54,786 nt of DNA from Candidatus Woesearchaeota archaeon (GCA_964364885.1 CAYIOA010000002.1:1-54786); one strand, 5' to 3'. Positions 1-8,632 are shown, counted from the first letter of the stretch. Numbers and translations are program-made. Notes: a model not told the origin generated them from the sequence alone.

Positions 1-233
1 TCATGGCTTTCAATCTCATAGCCAAAAACCCTATCAGACACCTTTATCTCCCTAAGCCTATCAATAAGTCTATCACCTTTTTTCCCAGCCTTATACTTCA
101 CAAAAATCGGATCTCCCTCATTATCAAAGAAATCAAAATCAACAAAACGATAATTTCCAAATTCTAGCATGTACGTAGGACCTCTGCTCACAGAAACCTT
201 CATCAGCTCAGGCAAATCTCTAAGCAATTGCAT
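1..233 (-). CDS. hypothetical protein, truncated by window edge
   Basis: ATG at 231-233 (minus) opens a frame that stays open to position 1 (MQLLRDLPELMKVSVSRGPTYMLEFGNYRF...). It is absent from the ORF track because it has no stop in the window. No motif recognised. Confidence 0.3.
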   Translation of the reverse strand, partial: MQLLRDLPELMKVSVSRGPTYMLEFGNYRFVDFDFFDNEGDPIFVKYKAGKKGDRLIDRLREIKVSDRVFGYEIESH

Positions 234-286
234 AATGCAAAATTAATTTCTCGCTTTTTAAGTTTTTCTATGTTAAAAGAGAATTC

Positions 287-673
287 TCAAGCAAAAATTT
301 TTTTATATTTATTAAATGCAATGAGTGCAGGAATCAAGAACATAAAAAAATGCAGAAACATAAACAAGAATACAAAAAACAGATCATAGCCTTGTAAGAA
401 ATATTTAGTCTGCAAGACAACTGAAATCAATCCCGCAAATATCAATGCCCTTTTATTCGTGCTCTCAATCCTATATTTCGAAGCAATCCACAAAGCAACA
501 AGTCCCCATAAAGTTGCAAATATAATTTTATTCCTATAATATTCAAAATCAACAAAAAATTCCGGGCGGGAAGAATGAACTCCCCAGTCTATCAATGTCG
601 CAACAACGACGATAAGTAATACAATCCCGACTTGTTTCGCTAAATTACCTCTTTTTTTAATCATAAAAATCAC
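287..673 (-). CDS. small polytopic membrane protein, unknown function
   Basis: 128-aa ORF with about 4 hydrophobic segments. No catalytic motif recognised. Confidence 0.5.
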   Translation of the reverse strand: MIFMIKKRGNLAKQVGIVLLIVVVATLIDWGVHSSRPEFFVDFEYYRNKIIFATLWGLVALWIASKYRIESTNKRALIFAGLISVVLQTKYFLQGYDLFFVFLFMFLHFFMFLIPALIAFNKYKKIFA

Positions 674-744
674 CTCTCTCTTAAGTACACTCTATCTTTT
701 AAACTTATAACAAAATATAAAAACATCTATTAATTTATAAAAAG

Positions 745-1197
745 ATGAATAAAAAAAAGAAAACAATTTTAATTATCTCATCTGTTGTAATTGTTTCAAT
801 AGTTATTGCCACAACATTTTATACCTCTATTCTCCTAGACAAAAAATGTAATTATAATTCTCAGACAAAAAAATATATCGGGAAATCCAAAACTGAATGT
901 GAGAGACTATTGTTTCAATGCGAAGAAAATTCGCAGGCGTTTTTCGACGACTGTGGTTGTGGCTGCGAAACAAAAAATTCAAACAGTCCCCCTCGAACAC
1001 CTGAAGAAACTCTTTGCGGCCCGAAAAGCGGGCTGGCAGAATCATGTACAGAGGTTTACGCTCCTGTTTGCGGCTGGTTTAATCCCGAAAAAATAGAATG
1101 TATAAAGTATCCCTGTGCCCAAACATTCTTAAACAGCTGTTTTGCCTGCGCAAACAAAGATATTTTATCCTGGACAGCCGGAGAATGTCCAGAATAA
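745..1197 (+). CDS. membrane-anchored or secreted Cys-rich protein with Kazal-like C-terminal domain
   Basis: N-terminal K-rich leader plus TM (KKKKTILIISSVVIVSIVIATTF). C-terminal half reads C-x7-C (CTEVYAPVCG), then FLNSCFAC and GEC, a Kazal-type Cys spacing with one extra Cys pair. Confidence 0.6.
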   Translation: MNKKKKTILIISSVVIVSIVIATTFYTSILLDKKCNYNSQTKKYIGKSKTECERLLFQCEENSQAFFDDCGCGCETKNSNSPPRTPEETLCGPKSGLAESCTEVYAPVCGWFNPEKIECIKYPCAQTFLNSCFACANKDILSWTAGECPE

Positions 1198-1252
1198 ACA
1201 GTGTTTGAGCACCCAACACAAAATTTATAATCCTCCTCATCAATATCTTAAA

Positions 1253-2860
1253 ATGAACAACAAAAACAAGAGATTTAAGCAAAAACCCAAAAGACAAATT
1301 TATAACTTTAATCATCAGGAAAGAGAAGCCCAAATAGAAAAAATAACTATGGAAAATACTGGAGAATTAATATCAATAAGCGGATTAATAGACAGCATAA
1401 CACAGACATCAGGTCCGACACTATTTTCAATTACCGACGGCACAGGAGTTTTGATTCTAAAGGGATTTGAAAGTCCGGGCGCAAGAGCATATCCCTTCAT
1501 TAAAGAAGAAGATGCAGTTCAAGCAACAGTTAAGATAAATGAATATAACGGCATGTTAGAAGGGGAAATCAAAAAAATACAAAAATTAACGCCAGAGCAA
1601 AAAGAGAGTATATACCATCAAATAGAGCAGATTGAAAGAAAAAGAGCCGAGCCGGAGAGAGTTAATTTTCTGGTAAAAAGCCCAATTTTAGATAAGCTAA
1701 GAGAAAAGTTTATAGAGGCAGCACGCGAAATCAAGCTCGCAATAATTCAAAATCGCCCAATAATTGTCCGTCACCACAACGATACAGACGGATACAGCGC
1801 AGGCTATGCTTTAGAAAAAGCGATTCTACCTTTGATAGAAAAACAACATGGCGAAGGAAAATCAGCTTGGGAGTTTTATCTTAGAGCCCCATGCGCAGCT
1901 CCATTTTATGAAATAGAGGACTCTATCAGAGACACGGCAATGTCCCTAAGAAACGAAGCAAAGTTCTCAAACAAAATGCCCATGATCATAATTGCAGACA
2001 ATGGCTCTTCTCCAGAAGATTTGTTGGCAATAAAACAAGGAAAAGTTCACGGAATAAACTTTGTCGTTATAGACCACCATTATTTTGATAAGGATGTTAT
2101 CTCGCAGGAGGTTTCAGTTCATATAAATCCTTTTCTTGTTGGGGAAGATGGTGCAAAATTTTCAGCAGGAATGCTTTGTACAGAACTAGCGCGCTTTATA
2201 GCCCCCGCAGAGAACCTTGAGCAGATTCCAGCGCTGGCAGGACTAGCAGACAGAATAAATAACCCCCCGGTCCTGGATGAATACTTGAAAATTGCTGCAA
2301 AAAAAGGATATAACAAAAGTCTCCTTTTGGATATTGCTACAGTTATAGACTTCATTTCTTCAAAATTAAGATTTATGGAGGCTCGCGAGTATATAGAAGT
2401 CCTCTTTGGAGAGCCGATGAGTAAACAAAAAACTCTCGTAGCTCTGTTGGCTCCCTACATAAATGGGCTGGAAAATAAGGGATTAGAAATAGCAAAAAAT
2501 TCAGTGAAAACAGAAAAAATAAACAAAACAACTCTGCAGTTATTGTTTATAGAGGAAATCTATTCTAGAGGATTTTATCCAAAGCCTGGAAAATGCAATG
2601 GGCTTCTTCATGATTACGCTCAAGAAAAAAAAGGAATAAAAAATATTGTCTCAGCAGCTATCTTATCAGATATGGTAACAATCCGCGCATCAGATGAGGC
2701 AAATTTTTCAGTTCATGAATTTATACTTTTTATAAACAAAAAAATTCCAGACGCTTTCCCAGAAGGCGGTGGCCACAAGAACGCCGGAGCCATAAAGTTT
2801 GTGCCAAACAAGCAAAAAGAAATAATCACCTCTTTAAAAGAATTTATAAAAATTAGATAA
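1253..2860 (+). CDS. RecJ-like DHH/DHHA1 phosphoesterase with N-terminal OB-fold
   Basis: DHH motifs: RHHNDTDGYSAG, IIADNGSS, VIDHH. DHHA1 motif: GGGHKNAGA. The N-terminal ~90 aa look OB-like. The track start at 1142 overlaps the upstream gene; the likely start is ATG 1253 or 1349. Confidence 0.8.
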   Translation: MNNKNKRFKQKPKRQIYNFNHQEREAQIEKITMENTGELISISGLIDSITQTSGPTLFSITDGTGVLILKGFESPGARAYPFIKEEDAVQATVKINEYNGMLEGEIKKIQKLTPEQKESIYHQIEQIERKRAEPERVNFLVKSPILDKLREKFIEAAREIKLAIIQNRPIIVRHHNDTDGYSAGYALEKAILPLIEKQHGEGKSAWEFYLRAPCAAPFYEIEDSIRDTAMSLRNEAKFSNKMPMIIIADNGSSPEDLLAIKQGKVHGINFVVIDHHYFDKDVISQEVSVHINPFLVGEDGAKFSAGMLCTELARFIAPAENLEQIPALAGLADRINNPPVLDEYLKIAAKKGYNKSLLLDIATVIDFISSKLRFMEAREYIEVLFGEPMSKQKTLVALLAPYINGLENKGLEIAKNSVKTEKINKTTLQLLFIEEIYSRGFYPKPGKCNGLLHDYAQEKKGIKNIVSAAILSDMVTIRASDEANFSVHEFILFINKKIPDAFPEGGGHKNAGAIKFVPNKQKEIITSLKEFIKIR

Positions 2861-2886
2861 AAATAAAAATTTATTATTCTGCTGAA

Positions 2887-3063
2887 TTACATTGGTCTCT
2901 TGTTTCTGAAACAATCTCTGCAATAAACAGGTTTTCCTTCTGTTGGCTTGAATGGAACTTCGCATTCTTTTTGACATTCAGAACAAACTGCTTTGTGCAT
3001 TTCTCTTGGACCAAAATTTCTACGCGATCTATCGTTATTAAATCGCGAATAATTGCCGCTCAT
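2887..3063 (-). CDS. CxxC-x17-CxxC zinc-binding mini-protein (58 aa)
   Basis: Hand translation: MSGNYSRFNNDRSRRNFGPREMHKAVCSECQKECEVPFKPTEGKPVYCRDCFRNKRPM. A strong GGAGG lies 8 nt upstream. It falls below the ORF-track length cutoff. The VPFKP...PVYCRDCF signature is typical of the CxxC-x17-CxxC family. Confidence 0.65.
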   Translation of the reverse strand: MSGNYSRFNNDRSRRNFGPREMHKAVCSECQKECEVPFKPTEGKPVYCRDCFRNKRPM

Positions 3064-3229
3064 TTTCGCTCCCTCCTTTCCATTGTTGAAAATTAATATT
3101 CCAGAATAAACGTTTGAATTTCCCCTTCACTTTATCTACTTTACTTCCATAGGTCTTTGTATATCCGCAATTTACAAAATAACCCCCTTTTTAAGTGTTT
3201 GCATCTTTAAAAACTCGAAAAATAGAAAA

Positions 3230-3655
3230 CTATTTCCAGACAGCAAGAATTACTCCGCTAACAACAAGAGAAACAAGCTGATAAAAAACATTAATCAGAT
3301 ACAGCTTTATAGGTTTCCCGTCCCACAATACTGTTCCTAAAGCAACAGTAGCTATAAATCCCATCCAAACCCAAAACCCAAGTTGTATTCCCGATGCAAT
3401 ATCGTCAGCTCCAACATAGGCAATAAAATGTGCGAGTACATATACCATAACAAAAGAGCCAAAAAAAGCAATCAGATATGACTTTTCCATTCCTTTTTGT
3501 TTTGATTTGTCAATATCTTTTTTGTTTTTCCCGCTTAATCTCATCCAAACATTCCCAAACAGTACTGGAGAATACCACAAAGCTCCGATGATCATGGATG
3601 CCACCGTAGCCGCTAAAACAGCGAAGTAATTAACACTAATATTAGGTATAGTCAT
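3230..3655 (-). CDS. DUF1761-like membrane protein
   Basis: 141 aa with 4 TM segments. The N-terminus (YFAVLAATVASMIIGALWYSPVLFGNVWMRL) is typical of DUF1761. Confidence 0.65.
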   Translation of the reverse strand: MTIPNISVNYFAVLAATVASMIIGALWYSPVLFGNVWMRLSGKNKKDIDKSKQKGMEKSYLIAFFGSFVMVYVLAHFIAYVGADDIASGIQLGFWVWMGFIATVALGTVLWDGKPIKLYLINVFYQLVSLVVSGVILAVWK

Positions 3656-3675
3656 AATATCCCATATAAAACATC

Positions 3676-3685
3676 TTTATAAATA
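3676..3685 (+). promoter_or_regulatory. TATA box for the tRNA gene
   Basis: TTTATAAATA is centred about 26-27 nt upstream of the mature tRNA 5' G (3707). Confidence 0.45.
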
Positions 3686-3706
3686 TTGTTTTTGTCGTAT
3701 AATAGT

Positions 3707-3833
3707 GCCTCTATAGCTCAGTTGGTTAGAGCGCCAGTTTCGTAACCTTAAGAATGTAAATTCTTGAGGTGCTTGCGATTACGCAGCTAATCGGAACAAC
3801 TGGAAGTCGAGGGTTCAACTCCCTCTAGAGGCT
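3707..3833 (+). tRNA. tRNA-Thr(CGU) with 53-nt intron at 37/38; no encoded CCA
   Basis: Acceptor GCCTCTA/TAGAGGC (7 bp). D arm GCTCAGTTGGTTAGAGC. Anticodon stem CCAGT (3734-3738)/ACTGG (3799-3803), loop TTCGTA|intron|A. T arm GAGGGTTCAACTCCCTC. Discriminator T3833. Intron 3745-3797. Confidence 0.85.
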
Positions 3834-3908
3834 TTTGTCAATTATCAAAATAAAATGCACAAAAGTTTTTAAACTATCTGCACTGTTCTTATCACACACG
3901 AGGTGAAA

Positions 3909-4118
3909 ATGTCAGGAAGTTGCAGAGATTTAAGAAAATATCAGGCTGATGAAGCAGTTCTAAACGCATTTTCCGCGCTTGTTTCCGGAGGAAGACCAGG
4001 GTATAAAACAGTAATAGAGAGAAAAAAAGAAATTCTGAAATGTTCTGGCTGTCAGTTGAATTTATCAGGCGATGAAAAATTCTGCCCGGAATGCGGGACA
4101 AAGGTAAAACAAATATAA
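3909..4118 (+). CDS. small zinc-ribbon protein
   Basis: C-terminal CSGC-x11-CPECG zinc ribbon. AGGTG lies just upstream of ATG 3909; the track start at 3903 is GTG. Confidence 0.5.
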   Translation: MSGSCRDLRKYQADEAVLNAFSALVSGGRPGYKTVIERKKEILKCSGCQLNLSGDEKFCPECGTKVKQI

Positions 4119-4155
4119 AGAATAGTTTTATTAATTAAGACTTGCATTTCTACAG

Positions 4156-5826
4156 ATGAGAGAAAAAATTTCTTCGATTCTGGAAAAGTTTGTCCCTTTG
4201 AAAAAATCAGAGATAAACGACTTAATTGAAATTCCCCCTTCCTTAAACCTTGGAGATTATGCTCTCCCCTGTTTTATTTTATCAAAAAAACTAAAAAAAG
4301 AGCCTGCGGAAATAGCGAAAGAGCTGGCAAGGAAGATAAAGTCAAAGGAGTTTGAGAAAATCGAGGCAAACGGCCCGTATTTAAATTTCTTTATAGACTC
4401 TAGATATCTAACAGAACAAACGCTTTCAAGAATAGTAAAAGAAAGAGAGAAATACGGCTCTTCAAACATAGGTAAAGGAAAGAAAATACTAATAGAAATG
4501 TCTTCTCCAAACATAGCCAAGCCGTTTGGAATAGGCCATCTAAGGTCAACAATAATAGGAAATTCAATATCCAATATCTGCTCTTTTCTCGGGTACAAAA
4601 CAATACGTCTAAATTATTTAGGAGACTGGGGAACCTCTTCTGGCAAGATTTTAGCAGGCTACAAACATTTCGGCTCAGAAAAAGCTCTGAAGTTGAATCC
4701 TCTGCATCATCTCTACGACATTTATGTAAAGACTTCCAAAGACGAAAAATTTGAAGAACTAGGAAGACAATGGTTCAAGAAGCTGGAATCGGGGGACAAA
4801 GAAGCTGTCAAAACGTGGCGAAAATTCAGGGAGATAAGCGTAAAAGAATTCAACAAAATCTACAAATCTCTCGATATAAAGTTTGATGTAATATCTGGCG
4901 AATCCTTGTATGACAAGAAAATTAATTCTGTTGTTTTAGACTTAAAAAAGAAAGATCTTATCAAGAGGTCAGAAGGAGCAGACATAATAGACTTGAATAA
5001 GTATGCTCTAGGAGTTGCTTTGGTAAGAAAATCAGACGGCACGACATTGTATGTAACAAGGGATATTGCAGCAGCCATTGACAGGTATAAAAAGTACAAA
5101 TTTGAAAGAATGTTTTATGAAGTTGGGCAGGAGCAAAAACTTCACTTTAAACAGCTGTTTAAGATTTTAGAATTATTGGGTTGCAAGTGGGTAAAATCAT
5201 GCGCCCATATAGACCATGGTTTATACTTAGACAAAGACGGGAGAAAGTTTGCAACAAGAACAGGAAAAACTGTTTTTATGGCTGATATCCTGGAAGAAAC
5301 AAAAAAACTAGCTAAAATAGAGATTTCTAAAAGAGGGAAATTACCTATAAAATATCTTGAAAAAAGAGCTCAGGCAATAGCAATAGCCTCAATATTTTAT
5401 GGAGATCTGAAGAATCACAGATCAAATGACATTGTCTTTGACATTAATCGGTTTGTATCTTTTGAAGGAAACACCGGTCCATATTTGCTCTACACATATG
5501 CAAGAGCAAGAAATATCTTAAGAAAAGCAAAATATAATCCCAAACTAAGATACAAAATTGAAAAATTATCAGATGCAGAGAAGTCAATAATCTCAGAGTT
5601 GAACAAATTCGGAGAAGTTGTCTACCAGTCTTATATCTCCCTTTCCCCTAATCTTATAGCTAACTATGCCTACACTCTCTCACAAATCTTCAACGAATTC
5701 TATCACTCCTGCCCCGTTATCGGCTCTGAAAATGAACAATTTCGCTTAGCCCTTGTAGATTCAACCTCGCAGGTCATAAAAAATTCCCTAAACTTGCTAG
5801 GAATTAGCACTCTGGAAAGTTTATAA
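4156..5826 (+). CDS. argS: arginine--tRNA ligase
   Basis: 556 aa. Class I HIGH region SSPNIAKPFGIGHLRST, plus overall ArgRS architecture with the DALR-type anticodon-binding C-terminus. Confidence 0.93.
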   Translation: MREKISSILEKFVPLKKSEINDLIEIPPSLNLGDYALPCFILSKKLKKEPAEIAKELARKIKSKEFEKIEANGPYLNFFIDSRYLTEQTLSRIVKEREKYGSSNIGKGKKILIEMSSPNIAKPFGIGHLRSTIIGNSISNICSFLGYKTIRLNYLGDWGTSSGKILAGYKHFGSEKALKLNPLHHLYDIYVKTSKDEKFEELGRQWFKKLESGDKEAVKTWRKFREISVKEFNKIYKSLDIKFDVISGESLYDKKINSVVLDLKKKDLIKRSEGADIIDLNKYALGVALVRKSDGTTLYVTRDIAAAIDRYKKYKFERMFYEVGQEQKLHFKQLFKILELLGCKWVKSCAHIDHGLYLDKDGRKFATRTGKTVFMADILEETKKLAKIEISKRGKLPIKYLEKRAQAIAIASIFYGDLKNHRSNDIVFDINRFVSFEGNTGPYLLYTYARARNILRKAKYNPKLRYKIEKLSDAEKSIISELNKFGEVVYQSYISLSPNLIANYAYTLSQIFNEFYHSCPVIGSENEQFRLALVDSTSQVIKNSLNLLGISTLESL

Positions 5827-5870
5827 TACTAAAACACAATAATTAAAAATCTTGATTATAGTCTTATTCT

Positions 5871-6038
5871 ATGAATACTTCCGCATTATTAACGCTCAAT
5901 GGAATACTTCTCTTAGTCTTATTAATAACTCTTCTTTTTGTCCTGACTAAAGATGGAACTATGAAGAAGAATGCTGGGAAAATTGAAGAAGATATAAAGA
6001 AGATAAAAGAGCAGATAACAAGCTCCTTTCTTGATTAA
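5871..6038 (+). CDS. possible 55-aa single-pass membrane protein
   Basis: Hand translation: MNTSALLTLNGILLLVLLITLLFVLTKDGTMKKNAGKIEEDIKKIKEQITSSFLD. One TM plus a charged helix. Below the track cutoff. Confidence 0.3.
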   Translation: MNTSALLTLNGILLLVLLITLLFVLTKDGTMKKNAGKIEEDIKKIKEQITSSFLD

Positions 6039-6048
6039 AAAGCTTAGG

Positions 6049-6057
6049 TTTATAAAA
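6049..6057 (+). promoter_or_regulatory. TATA box for SRP RNA
   Basis: TTTATAAAA lies about 25 nt upstream of the predicted SRP RNA 5' end. Confidence 0.4.
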
Positions 6058-6077
6058 TATCCTTTTTTGGTATTTTG

Positions 6078-6340
6078 GTGCAGACAAGTCGGCGCGTTAG
6101 CCCTGCGCCATTCGCAAACGGGCTTCATGGCGAACTTAAAGGAGCGCGTGAGATCGAGGGTTAGCGGACTCTTATCTAACGTTGACGTTTTGTCCTGCTC
6201 GACCGCGCTCTTGCAAAATGGGTCAGGCCGTGAAAGGAGCAGCCCTAAACAGGAAGCGGGGTGCTGGCAGGGTAGCAAAACCGAGGATGGTAAGAATCAT
6301 CCGCTCAATCCAAAATCGAGCAATCTCCCCGTCTGCACAC
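6078..6340 (+). ncRNA. ffs: signal recognition particle RNA (7S/SRP RNA), compact
   Basis: Sharp GC-rich island. Helix-8 signature GGTCAGGCCGTGAAAGGAGCAGCC at 6221-6244 (compare 4.5S GGUCAGGUCCGGAAGGAAGCAGCC). Closing helix GTGCAGAC 6078-6085 / GTCTGCAC 6331-6338. Ends are uncertain by a few nt. Confidence 0.85.
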
Positions 6341-6373
6341 AATTTATTTAAATTCCCCTTTCTATCAATAAAA

Positions 6374-6910
6374 ATGAAAAAAAGAGGGCAGGTCTATCTT
6401 TTAGCTACACTCATCTTAGTCAGTGTGATTGTAAGTCTAGGCACTGTTTATAACAAAGCAAAATTCAATAAAGAAGACGCAACAGCTTTTTATTTAGCAG
6501 ACGAAATCTATTTCGAAGCAAATCAAATAATTGAGCATAGCATAAGAAATTCAGTCCAAGATGCAGTTGTAGCCACTAAGATCGAGGAGTTGCTAGACTA
6601 CTATGCCTCCTCAAATCCCTATAATGACCTTATAGTTATTTACGGAACCCAGCAAACCTTAACAGCTTTCTTTTATGATAATCTCCAAGTCAGCACTCTA
6701 GAAATAAATAATCAGCAAATTTCCAATAATCCAACAACTCTGCTCTCATCTAGCAATCCTGGAACAATCAAAATTACAACTCAGGGCAAAGATATAAATT
6801 ATCAGTTTACTCTGCATCAAGGTAAAAACTTTCTTGTATTAATAAAAAAGGAGAGACAAGGAGAAACCTTTATAGCAATCCCGAAAGGAATTGACATAAC
6901 ACATGTATAA
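6374..6910 (+). CDS. archaeal type IV pilin-like protein
   Basis: Class III signal-peptide-like N-terminus MKKRG|QVYLLATLILVSVIVSLG. The track ORF start (6182) runs through the SRP RNA; ATG 6374 is the plausible start. Confidence 0.6.
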   Translation: MKKRGQVYLLATLILVSVIVSLGTVYNKAKFNKEDATAFYLADEIYFEANQIIEHSIRNSVQDAVVATKIEELLDYYASSNPYNDLIVIYGTQQTLTAFFYDNLQVSTLEINNQQISNNPTTLLSSSNPGTIKITTQGKDINYQFTLHQGKNFLVLIKKERQGETFIAIPKGIDITHV

Positions 6911-7415
6911 AATACTTAATATATCTGCTAAAAAGAGAGGAATAAGTTTGATAGTTTCCTATGTGTTGCTTATCGTAATAGGTATAGCTGTCGCATTAAT
7001 AGTATACACATATTTAAAATTATATCTTCCTTCCCAGACTCCAGAGTGTCCTTCTGATTTAGCTCTCGCGATTCAAGACTCAACCTGCACAATTACAAAT
7101 AAAAAACTAACATTAACAATTATAAACAAAGGCTTATTTAATGTTTCAGTTTATTTTCTAAGATTTGGAGATGTCGACCGTGATGTCTTACAGCAATTAA
7201 ACAGAAATCAGGAATATTTCCCCTATCCACTTGCTCCTGTAGATAATCTGGCAACTTCTCCTAAAGAAGAAGATGAAGTTACACTGATCTTTAATCTTCC
7301 AAGTTCACTCAGCGCAGGAAAAAAGAAAATTGAAATCCAGCCAGCAATTGTAGAGAAAGGTGTCTTTTATCCTTGTGAAAAAGCAGTTATAACACAAGAA
7401 GTTGATTGCGTCTGA
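6903..7415 (+). CDS. archaeal type IV pilin-like protein
   Basis: N-terminus ...AKKRG|ISLIVSYVLLIVIGIAVALIVY (class III signal plus hydrophobic helix). Overlaps the upstream pilin gene by 8 nt. Confidence 0.65.
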   Translation: MYKILNISAKKRGISLIVSYVLLIVIGIAVALIVYTYLKLYLPSQTPECPSDLALAIQDSTCTITNKKLTLTIINKGLFNVSVYFLRFGDVDRDVLQQLNRNQEYFPYPLAPVDNLATSPKEEDEVTLIFNLPSSLSAGKKKIEIQPAIVEKGVFYPCEKAVITQEVDCV

Positions 7416-7477
7416 TAGAAACTGGAAATTTGTTTAAAACAATAATCTATATATAATCAGACAAAACTTCTGTTAAT

Positions 7478-8632
7478 ATGAAATTTGCTCATATAGGAGA
7501 TTGTCATCTAGGCGGCTGGAGACAGCCGCAGCTAAGAGACTTAAATTTCAAAAGTTTTCAAGAGGCAGTCAGGCGCATAATAAAAAACAAATTAGAATTT
7601 GTTCTTATCTCTGGAGACTTGTTTGATTCAGCATACCCATCAATTGAAACGCTAAAATATTCTTTCAATGAGTTCAGAAAATTAAAAGAGCAGAAAATAC
7701 CTGTCTTTTTAATCGCAGGAAGTCATGATTATTCTGTCTCAGGCAAAACCTTTCTTGATGTCTTAGAAAGAGCAGGATTCTGCAAAAACGTAGTTAATTA
7801 CACTGAAAGAGAAGGAAAACTGCTGTTAGAGCCGACATTGCATAAAAATATCGCAATCTATGGTTTCCCGGGAAAAAAATCAGGTCTGGAAGTAGACGAA
7901 GTATCCAGAATAAAAATTCAAGACTCTCCAGGATTGTTCAAAATTCTTATGCTTCACACAACGATCAGGGATGCAGTAGGAGAAACACCAATCAAGGCAG
8001 TTGACGAACGTTTGCTCCCCAAAGTAGATTACCTCGCTTTATCGCATCTGCACATAAGATACAATAAAGAAGGAAGAGTTTATTCAGGTCCGACATTTCC
8101 AAACAATTTGTCAGAACTGGAAGAGCTAAAAGGGGGCTCTTTCTGCATTTTTGAAAATGGAAGAATTAGAAGAGAAGAGATAATAATAAAAGAAGTTCTT
8201 TTAATAGAAATAAAAATAACGAATGTGTTCACAGCAGCAGAAGAAATCTTAAAAATTATTTCAGACAAAGAAGTCAAAGACAAAATAATAATAGCCAAAC
8301 TGACAGGAACATTAGACAAGGGAAAAATTTCAGACATAGACTTCCAGAAAATAGAGTCTTACCTATCTGAAAAAGGAGCATTTGTTTTTTTGAAAGGCAC
8401 TTCAAAATTACACATGGTAGAGCCGGAAGTAAAGCTGGATGCATTAGATTCTGAGAATCTAGAAGAGCAGATAATAAGAAGGTTTGAAGAGAGAAATCCA
8501 AGCAGATTTAACTCGCTCATCCCTGATTTAATGAAAATTCTAACAGTAGAAAAATTAGAAGACGAAACAGCCTCTTCCTTTGAAGAGCGCCTTCTCTCTG
8601 AATCAAAAAAAGTCCTGAAATATGAGATTTAA
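7478..8632 (+). CDS. mre11: DNA double-strand break repair nuclease Mre11
   Basis: Calcineurin-like phosphoesterase motifs GDCHLG, SGDLFD, AGSHD, LSHLH. Confidence 0.9.
   Translation: MKFAHIGDCHLGGWRQPQLRDLNFKSFQEAVRRIIKNKLEFVLISGDLFDSAYPSIETLKYSFNEFRKLKEQKIPVFLIAGSHDYSVSGKTFLDVLERAGFCKNVVNYTEREGKLLLEPTLHKNIAIYGFPGKKSGLEVDEVSRIKIQDSPGLFKILMLHTTIRDAVGETPIKAVDERLLPKVDYLALSHLHIRYNKEGRVYSGPTFPNNLSELEELKGGSFCIFENGRIRREEIIIKEVLLIEIKITNVFTAAEEILKIISDKEVKDKIIIAKLTGTLDKGKISDIDFQKIESYLSEKGAFVFLKGTSKLHMVEPEVKLDALDSENLEEQIIRRFEERNPSRFNSLIPDLMKILTVEKLEDETASSFEERLLSESKKVLKYEI

Noticed and set aside
5922-6351. ORFs 5922-6278(-) and 6031-6351(+), plus the first 64 codons of 6182-6910(+)
   Set aside because: They lie across the GC-rich SRP RNA, have Arg/Ala/Gly-rich composition unlike every real protein here, and overlap one another. 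They are artefacts of a structured RNA gene.
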